In this document: in pieces, positions 56,890-64,000 of the stretch
How the letters are laid out: every line of letters starts with the position of its first letter
Numbering within the stretch: position 1 is the first letter of the stretch
From: Bacteriovoracaceae bacterium
Lineage (GTDB): Bacteria > Bdellovibrionota > Bacteriovoracia > Bacteriovoracales > Bacteriovoracaceae
NCBI GenBank assembly: GCA_018649885.1
Contig: JABIHA010000066.1
Span: 1 to 64,000, forward strand
DNA length: 64,000 nucleotides
Direction of reading: 5' to 3'
The notes under the pieces: model-generated
Databases searched by the model: none
Told to the model about the DNA's origin: nothing
What the model saw: the letters and a program-made list of their open reading frames with translations, nothing else
Made by a program: the position numbers and the translations under genes

Positions 56890-57792
56890 TTGCAATATAA
56901 ATTAAATACCGAAAAAATGCATTCACTGCACAAGGAATTCAATGAATGGATTGAAGAGACATCTCAATCCAAAATATCTTCACTCTTTGAAAGAGCAAGT
57001 CACCCAATAGAAAAAAACCTAACAAAGGCATCTAAGTTACTTCCAGAAAATTTTAGAGAACAAATTGAAAAAAGCGTAGAAAAAAGCTTCTTGGGGCTTT
57101 TGAACTTATCTGAATACTCAACATCATCTGAAAAAACCTGGAATGCCCTGGCCAAATTAAATAACACTAATATTGCATCCATTGACGATTTATATGAACA
57201 AGACTTCTCACACATTAAAAAATTTATTTTTTCACAAATCGCCCTACACCAAAAATGGTCAATGACTCATGGGTTTGCATTAGGACTTGGAGGCGCTTTT
57301 CTTACAGCAACAGATGTCCCGCTCGCCATTAGCAGTGGACTCAGACTCATTTTAGTAATTGGTCAAAGCTTTGGAATTGATTTCAATATTGTGGAAGAAA
57401 GGCTTCTTTGCTTTCACATACTATCAATGTCGTTAGTAGAAAAAGGGACTGAAGAATTTATAAAAGGACTGGATACTCCATTTGATAAAATAGGCATGGA
57501 TTCTAGCGTTGCCATGAAAATATTAAAGTCTAAAGGCAACCAGATCACCTTGCTAAATAATCCCATATTGAAAAAAATATTTGATAACCTAATTAAAAAA
57601 TCAACCCAATCCATATTTAAAAGAAAAATAGCTCAGCTTGTACCTGTTATTGGAGGTATCGCAGGGGCACATAGTAATTTTCAATTTATAAAAAATGTTG
57701 GAGTAACAGCTTATTACCTATACCTTAAAAAGGTAATCCTAGAATCTAAAATATCAAATGGTTTAAGTGATGTGGATATAGAAGATGTTTAG
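56890..57792 (+). CDS. EcsC family protein
   Basis: GLGG....DVP, IGQSFGID..EER and QLVPVIGG motifs. Confidence 0.8.
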   Translation: MQYKLNTEKMHSLHKEFNEWIEETSQSKISSLFERASHPIEKNLTKASKLLPENFREQIEKSVEKSFLGLLNLSEYSTSSEKTWNALAKLNNTNIASIDDLYEQDFSHIKKFIFSQIALHQKWSMTHGFALGLGGAFLTATDVPLAISSGLRLILVIGQSFGIDFNIVEERLLCFHILSMSLVEKGTEEFIKGLDTPFDKIGMDSSVAMKILKSKGNQITLLNNPILKKIFDNLIKKSTQSIFKRKIAQLVPVIGGIAGAHSNFQFIKNVGVTAYYLYLKKVILESKISNGLSDVDIEDV

Positions 57793-58784
57793 GATTCTCG
57801 CTCTCTTTCATAGCCTGCAAAGGCCAATCTGAGTGCATCTGTACAACGAGGAATAAGCTCAGGGTCGAATTGCTTTCCTCTATCATATTCTAAAATTTTA
57901 ATCGCCTTTTCATAGGTTTCTTCTGAACGATTCTTTTCTTCACAGAGTACACCATCCACTATATTTGCGATGGTCACAATTTTAGTCAATTCATATATTT
58001 CTTTATCCTTTAAACCTTTTGGGAATCCCTGTCCATTGTGTTGCTCGTGATGCTGCAATACTATCGTCAGTACAGGATCTTGTAGTCCCCCTATTTTTTT
58101 GAGGGCATCAACACCCTTTTTGGGGTGATCTTGAATCGCTTGTGAGTACATGGCATTATTTGGATTCTCCAAAACATTTGCTGGAATTTTCGCCTTGGCA
58201 TAATCGTGAAAAAGAGCTCCCAGGTAAATATTCTCAAGAACATTTGGATGACCATGACCGCAGACCATTCCGAGATAAAGTGCAATTTGAGCAGTATTTA
58301 CAGAATGCTCAGCAACCGATTGGCTCAATTTTGTAATTTTAGCGAGGACTTGAGTTGCTTCTTTTTTCTTAGATACAATCTGAATAAACTCTTCTACTTG
58401 TTCTTGTAATAACTCTACAGTTTCTGTTGAAAGGTGTTCATCTGAGAAAGTTTCAAATACCGTCTCTGCAATATTTTCTCTTTTCTCAACAATATCTCGA
58501 TTCTCTTCACCAACTTCATCTACCATTTCTTGGATGACTTCTTCTTTTTTCTCTCCCACCCACGTATTAAATTTTCCAGATTCAGAGTTATCGATATAAA
58601 TGCCTTTTACATTTTTCGACATAAAAAAATTGAACTTATCAGAATCAAGGATGTCTCCCTCATTTTTATACTTCAAATACTTTCCATTGATTTTCAAAAA
58701 TATTGAAGAAGGAAGCTCTCTCCCTGGAGAAATTTTAGAAAGTGAAACAAAAACAAAATCGTCATCTTGGGAATCTGCGGTCAA
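57789..58784 (-). CDS. HD-GYP domain protein
   Basis: EHS, HDYAK, HP, HHEQHNGQGFPKGL and QFDP motifs. Confidence 0.87.
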   Translation of the reverse strand: MTADSQDDDFVFVSLSKISPGRELPSSIFLKINGKYLKYKNEGDILDSDKFNFFMSKNVKGIYIDNSESGKFNTWVGEKKEEVIQEMVDEVGEENRDIVEKRENIAETVFETFSDEHLSTETVELLQEQVEEFIQIVSKKKEATQVLAKITKLSQSVAEHSVNTAQIALYLGMVCGHGHPNVLENIYLGALFHDYAKAKIPANVLENPNNAMYSQAIQDHPKKGVDALKKIGGLQDPVLTIVLQHHEQHNGQGFPKGLKDKEIYELTKIVTIANIVDGVLCEEKNRSEETYEKAIKILEYDRGKQFDPELIPRCTDALRLAFAGYERERES

Positions 58785-59078
58785 GCTATACTCCGAATTT
58801 TTTCAATTATTTAATATCAAGTATATACCATCCCTTAAACGGCTGCTAAAAAGTAAAATAATTTCCCATCTCTCATAATTATCAGATCGAAACGTTTTAA
58901 TTGGTTTAGATGATCAATACCACCTCAATAAACCTTATTGATTTTGCACCACACAGATATTGCGTGGTAAGTAGCAGATTTTAAAACACATTTTTTCTCA
59001 CTGCCAAATATCATTGGTAAGGCCGAGTCCCCCTCTCCATGCTATAATGTAGCGTTTGAATATCCGGGGGGATTATCT

Positions 59079-59828
59079 ATGAGAAAGCGTCCATTCTTTT
59101 TCGTTTTCCTTACAATTGTTCATTTAATAGAGCCGCTAATAAAGATATTTTATTTTAAAGCTTTAACCCATTTTTCATGGGACACAATTTTTCAGAATTT
59201 AATGAGCCTAGATTCGCCAAAGCTTATTTTTGATTTTTGGTTCGTCTTCCCACTTGCTGGGTGGGCCTTATTTGGGGTCAAGAAATGGAGTTATCCATTA
59301 TTTTTGAGTCTACAATTTTACTCTGTACTCAATCATGTGTTTTATCAAAAATATGCTTGGCCCTATGTTAGTGAAACACCGTTTCTAACAAATTATCTTA
59401 TACTTTTTTGCAATGTAAGCATTATCGTCTATTTTCTAATTCCAAGTGTAAGAAAACCATTTTTCGACCCTAAAGTTAGGTGGTGGGAGACAGACAATCG
59501 TTACTCTTGCACTATTCCTTGTACATTAACTGATACCAAGACAGGGCAATCCATCAGCTGTCACATTCTCAATATTTCGACGACAGGAGTCTTTACCAGT
59601 CAAGTTTTTGACTCAACTGAGGAGCAAGGCACTGTTAAAATTCAAATTCATCATGGAGATACCGAACTTTTATTATCTGGAAAGACCATGAATATACATA
59701 GGTATAAGAATACAAACGGAACAGGGATCAAATTTGACTTCACCAATATTTGGGAAAAAATAGCTGTCTTGAACTTCGTATCAAAAATAAAAAAGGGAAG
59801 TAAACATATCTTACCCAACGCCGCTTAA
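59079..59828 (+). CDS. Membrane protein with C-terminal PilZ-like domain
   Basis: Four TM segments; RWWE..R and NISTTG motifs. Confidence 0.75.
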   Translation: MRKRPFFFVFLTIVHLIEPLIKIFYFKALTHFSWDTIFQNLMSLDSPKLIFDFWFVFPLAGWALFGVKKWSYPLFLSLQFYSVLNHVFYQKYAWPYVSETPFLTNYLILFCNVSIIVYFLIPSVRKPFFDPKVRWWETDNRYSCTIPCTLTDTKTGQSISCHILNISTTGVFTSQVFDSTEEQGTVKIQIHHGDTELLLSGKTMNIHRYKNTNGTGIKFDFTNIWEKIAVLNFVSKIKKGSKHILPNAA

Positions 59829-59871
59829 GAAGCCGGTGTTTAACTTTTATTTTCATGGTAAAAAACCTATA

Positions 59872-59905
59872 ATTTAACCGAGGTATATATGTATCTCGGT
59901 TAGAT
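59872..59905. other. Intergenic palindrome (operator or hairpin)
   Basis: TAACCGAGGTAT-ATAT-GTATCTCGGTTA. Confidence 0.45.
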
Positions 59906-59931
59906 AATTTTTCAAATAAATTGAGGAAATA

Positions 59932-60948
59932 GTGGTTTTGTACATAGCCATTTGCATAGTAGCTCTTCTAATAGGCATTTTCTTATTTGCAGTCGGTGGG
60001 ATTCAGCGCTGGGGTGTAATTGGTGCAGAAGTAATTACTAATCCACAATTTCTAGATCAAGATTGTACTAAAAGCTCACTTAAAATCATCTCTTGGAATA
60101 TTTCATTTGCACAAGGAGAAGGCTCAGGGGGCGAAAGGTACACTCCAAGAAGCGAAATCGAAATGAAGCAAGCTTTAGATGGGATCGCAAGTTTTTTAAA
60201 AAGCCAAGATCCCGATATCATTTTACTGCAAGAAATCGATTTCGACTCCAAAAGAAGCTACTATACTGACCAGCTTAATTATCTTTCAAATGCACTTGGA
60301 TACCGTTACTCAGCAAAAGCTCTTTCTTGGAAGGCAGGATATATTCCATACCCCTACTTCCCCATAAAAAATCAATTTGGTAAAATCAGGTCCGGTGGAG
60401 CAGTTATTTCAAAATGGCCCATTAACTCTAATTCAATATTTCTGCACCCCAAGCCTGATACTCACTCTTGGTGGTATAATGCATTTTACCTATTTCGATA
60501 TTCACAGGTTTTAAGTTTCAATGTCGCTGGAAAAACTTTCAGTGCAATTAATAATCATCTAGAAGCATTTGCAGCTCAAAATAGACAGCTGCAAGCCCAG
60601 AAATTGATTGAAATCATAGGCGAAAACCACGTGGAAGTTGCTTTTATCGGTGGCGATTTTAATACTATTCCTAGAGATTCTAAAGTAAAGTCTTTTATAG
60701 ATGGAGATAATTACGAATTTGATGAAACATATTGTATTTTCGAAAGTATGAAAGATTTTAGAGAAATTGTCCCTCATAAGGAATATATCAAGAGTGAGAA
60801 GAGTTATTTCACTTTTCCTGCCAAAGGCCCAAATCGAAGATTAGACTATATTTTTGTCAATTCCAAATATCAATTTGAAAATGTTGAATTCCATCACCCC
60901 GGTGAGATGTCTGATCATCTTCCTATTTCGGTTGAGATACTATTATGA
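59932..60948 (+). CDS. Endonuclease/exonuclease/phosphatase family protein
   Basis: SWNI, LQEID, NHL, GGDFN, LDYIF and SDHLP motifs. Confidence 0.9.
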   Translation: MVLYIAICIVALLIGIFLFAVGGIQRWGVIGAEVITNPQFLDQDCTKSSLKIISWNISFAQGEGSGGERYTPRSEIEMKQALDGIASFLKSQDPDIILLQEIDFDSKRSYYTDQLNYLSNALGYRYSAKALSWKAGYIPYPYFPIKNQFGKIRSGGAVISKWPINSNSIFLHPKPDTHSWWYNAFYLFRYSQVLSFNVAGKTFSAINNHLEAFAAQNRQLQAQKLIEIIGENHVEVAFIGGDFNTIPRDSKVKSFIDGDNYEFDETYCIFESMKDFREIVPHKEYIKSEKSYFTFPAKGPNRRLDYIFVNSKYQFENVEFHHPGEMSDHLPISVEILL

Positions 60949-61760
60949 ATTATTATCAAGCACTCAATTTAGAGAATAATTTAGAAGAGTTGTTGTTAAA
61001 TTACTTTGTATTTTGCATTGTTTATTTTTTAGTGTTCTTTCTAATTTCAGTCCTAAGGGATGACTATAGCTCGGTTGATTCAGGGTGGAGCATAGGGATT
61101 GTCCTCTCAACACTACTAACTTACTATTTTAAAACAGAGGCTCAAACCTTTTATTCTAAAATCATTATATTTCTTGTGTTTATTTGGGGAGCCCGGTTAT
61201 CGCTCCATCGACTTGTTAGAAACATTAGAGACGGTGAAGATTTCAGGTATCAAAACTTACGTATCAAATGGCCAAAGTTTTTTAAAACTCAAATATTTTT
61301 CAAGGTATTTCTTGTGCAAGCCATTTTGCAATTTGTTGTGATCCTCCCTCTAATTGTAGGATTAAATTCTCCTTTACCAAAAATTAAATTTAGATTTAGC
61401 TTAGGAATTATCGTTTTCATTATTGGATTTGCAATAGAATCTATTTCAGATTTTCAACTCTTTAGTTTTAAATCTTTAAAGAAAAATCACAAAAAAGTTT
61501 TATCTTCTGGAATGTGGAAATGGTGTAGGCATCCAAACTACTTAGGTGAAATTACTTTGTGGTGGGGAATATTTCTTTGTTGTTACACAAAAAACTATAA
61601 ATGGATTTATACCGGTCCTATGATGCTAACCCTATTTATTGCCAAAATATCTGGAGTGCCTCTTATAGAGAGGAGATTTTCGCACAATAAAGATTATCAA
61701 TTGTACAAAGACAGAACAGGGTCAATATTCCCTATTTCAAAAAAGCCTCACTCTGATTAA
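60945..61760 (+). CDS. DUF1295 / steroid 5-alpha-reductase-like membrane protein
   Basis: VDSGWS, WGARL, EDFRY and RHPNYLGE motifs. Confidence 0.87.
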   Translation: MNYYQALNLENNLEELLLNYFVFCIVYFLVFFLISVLRDDYSSVDSGWSIGIVLSTLLTYYFKTEAQTFYSKIIIFLVFIWGARLSLHRLVRNIRDGEDFRYQNLRIKWPKFFKTQIFFKVFLVQAILQFVVILPLIVGLNSPLPKIKFRFSLGIIVFIIGFAIESISDFQLFSFKSLKKNHKKVLSSGMWKWCRHPNYLGEITLWWGIFLCCYTKNYKWIYTGPMMLTLFIAKISGVPLIERRFSHNKDYQLYKDRTGSIFPISKKPHSD

Positions 61761-61783
61761 GATCACCTGTGCTTACTTGCTAC

Positions 61784-63958
61784 TTATACTGATCCCAGTT
61801 TGGGGTAAACCCTTTTGTAGCTCCCCTTGAGCCACTGCTTTATTTCTGAACAGTAATAAGAGGAAAATCTTCTATCTGAAGGACCTCCAATAAGCCGACT
61901 TTCCAAACCTTTTTCTGCCATATCAATAATAATCCTAATTGAAGGTCCAAAGCTTGTCTGACGTCCACCTGAATTGTATACCTGCCCTTGGTGAACACTT
62001 GATCTACCACCAGCGAGGGGTATTGGTCCCTTATTAAAACCAAATTTCCCTAGTGGACTATCTCCTAGTAATATATGTTTTAAAACTATTTGGTTTTTAT
62101 CACCCCATCTTTGTGGTACCCACTGAGCTTGTGCTGCCTCTAACGATTTCTTGAAAATATTTTTCCTTGATCTCTTCGCAAACCAAGTAGACTGCTCCTT
62201 TGCAATAATTGAATTAAAATTGCCAAAAAAATCTGCAAATATCCCCGTCTTCTCTAGCATATAATTAAAGACATCATCTCCAAAAACATCTCCAAAAATT
62301 TCACTCAAAAGGTTTTTTCGAATTAGCTCAAATAATGTCGGTGCACAAGAATCTGGATCATAACAAAAATCCCAGTCATTTAATAATTCTGGAAGACAAT
62401 CTTTCCCCAGATCAAAGGTAAAGAGGTCTAGTAACCATTTGGCTTCTAATGAAAAAAGATCACATTGAAGTTTTGCCATTGATTTCGTTGATATTTTTTC
62501 ACCTGAATCAATTATTTTTTTGAGAACGCTATGAATTTGTTGTGAGCGATATGGACCCATTGGCATTGTAATGGCCTTGCATGTGCCATATTGATTTAGA
62601 TCTTCATTTGCTGTAACAAAGTAACCCTCACTAGGGTTATAACTTTTTGGTAATGCCGAAGGTTTTTGAAAACCCTTCCAATCATTTTTTGGAGTCCAGC
62701 CTGGGAGCGGAATTGCGCCACTTAACCCAGATGATCTGAGTGGTGCTAGCCCAGACATTTGATAACCAATATTATCAGAAGTATCTGCCAGTACCCAGTT
62801 AAAGGAGATTTCAGATGTTTCAAAAACCTTCATTCCCTCTTCAACACTATCAACTCGAAATAAATCAAAAACCACTTTTAAAGAAGCTGTAGTAAATTCT
62901 GAACCACTCCACCTCGAACTTAGGTAATATCCTTCAGTGCCTGGGTCCCCAAGTAGAACTCCATGCTTGCTCTCATGGTATGTGGCCAGGTAATCCGAGT
63001 TCTTCTTTCTTTTGATGGTCTCAACTCTTTTACTAAATTCTTCCCATTCATTATCAGAGATTCTTCTTTTGCCATCTTGGCAATGCTCTATCCAAGTATC
63101 GATAGAATCTAAAAAGGTGTAAGTTGCTCCCCAGGAAACTTTGTTAGTTCTACCAATAACCAAACCTGGTAGGCCTGGAACAGTTGCTCCAACGGCATAT
63201 CTACCTGGTATTTCCATAATTACCTCGGCCCAAACATTAGGGAGTCTATTAATTTCAAGGTGAGGGTCATTACACAAAAATGGTTTTCCAGATTCAGTGT
63301 ATTTTCCAGAAACTACCCAATTATTTGAGGCCATGAGTGGCGTTAAAGCGCAATTCCATTTAACTTCATCAGGAATTATCCTATGAGATAAATTTACTTT
63401 CTTTAGTGCCTCCAAGTCTAATCCACCTAACAGCCCAGGTAGTAACTCTTCAAGTTGGTCACCGTTCACTCCACCTTGCACTAATTCCACAACTAGTTGC
63501 TCTAACTCACCTTGAGATTGAGCGAGTGTTAGATAGCCTATCATCTTGGCCATCATACTTGAGTCCTTGGGAGTCCATTTCTCATATTTATAACCTAACA
63601 TTTTGAGCTCCCACGGAAGATATTTCTCAAAACGTTTATTTATTCCCATGCAATAAGCTTGCATGCTTTCGAGATTTGTACCATCAAGTGATTCTCCGTC
63701 ATCACCCCAATTCATTCTTCTAAAAAATAAATCGACTTCAAGCATTTCCTCACTATCATTTAACAACTCACAGGCCCTTCCCTGACCTAAGATTCTCATC
63801 ATAAGAAGTTGCAAGCCGCGATCAAACGCGTGGGCAAAACCTAGTCCGTAACACATTCCCAATTCATTCTCTGCTAGAATGTGGGCGACACCATTTTCAT
63901 CTCTTTTAATTTCTACGTGTCCGTGCTCACCACTTATTTTAGTTTTCTTAAGAATCAA
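61784..63958 (-). CDS. Penicillin acylase family Ntn-hydrolase
   Basis: RDENGVAHI, GFAHAFDR and ASNNWV..NDPHL motifs; no obvious signal peptide. Confidence 0.9.
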   Translation of the reverse strand: MILKKTKISGEHGHVEIKRDENGVAHILAENELGMCYGLGFAHAFDRGLQLLMMRILGQGRACELLNDSEEMLEVDLFFRRMNWGDDGESLDGTNLESMQAYCMGINKRFEKYLPWELKMLGYKYEKWTPKDSSMMAKMIGYLTLAQSQGELEQLVVELVQGGVNGDQLEELLPGLLGGLDLEALKKVNLSHRIIPDEVKWNCALTPLMASNNWVVSGKYTESGKPFLCNDPHLEINRLPNVWAEVIMEIPGRYAVGATVPGLPGLVIGRTNKVSWGATYTFLDSIDTWIEHCQDGKRRISDNEWEEFSKRVETIKRKKNSDYLATYHESKHGVLLGDPGTEGYYLSSRWSGSEFTTASLKVVFDLFRVDSVEEGMKVFETSEISFNWVLADTSDNIGYQMSGLAPLRSSGLSGAIPLPGWTPKNDWKGFQKPSALPKSYNPSEGYFVTANEDLNQYGTCKAITMPMGPYRSQQIHSVLKKIIDSGEKISTKSMAKLQCDLFSLEAKWLLDLFTFDLGKDCLPELLNDWDFCYDPDSCAPTLFELIRKNLLSEIFGDVFGDDVFNYMLEKTGIFADFFGNFNSIIAKEQSTWFAKRSRKNIFKKSLEAAQAQWVPQRWGDKNQIVLKHILLGDSPLGKFGFNKGPIPLAGGRSSVHQGQVYNSGGRQTSFGPSIRIIIDMAEKGLESRLIGGPSDRRFSSYYCSEIKQWLKGSYKRVYPKLGSV

Positions 63959-64000
63959 TTTTTTCTCCGCAGTTAATAAAATTACAGTTCATTACAGGTA

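Overview
AT-rich bacterial chromosome segment. The gene content suggests a predatory Bdellovibrionota member, Bacteriovoracia-like (inference): GYF/PilZ proteins, a VWA lipoprotein, an H1-like protein, an HNH family typical of that phylum and FliA-like promoters. Most of the window is housekeeping: thiolase and hbd-crt-bcd, rpsT, flotillin-LemA-TPM, lptE-holA, alr-mlaEFD, rpmF-fabHDG-acpP-fabF-glyA and nrdR-nusB. Three unannotated structures stand out. (1) Two 105-bp TATAC...GTATA palindromic elements lie in the fab operon in opposite orientations, with covarying 29-bp arms and a conserved 47-nt core. (2) An A9 run would fuse a GYF-like membrane protein to the next ORF by a -1 frameshift or transcriptional slippage. 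(3) An island at about 12.8-16.2 kb has an HNH gene bracketed by direct copies of a GGTAC palindrome, sitting between two diverged copies of the same flanks that carry different secreted cargo genes. No tRNA, rRNA or CRISPR array was seen. All alignments were done by hand.
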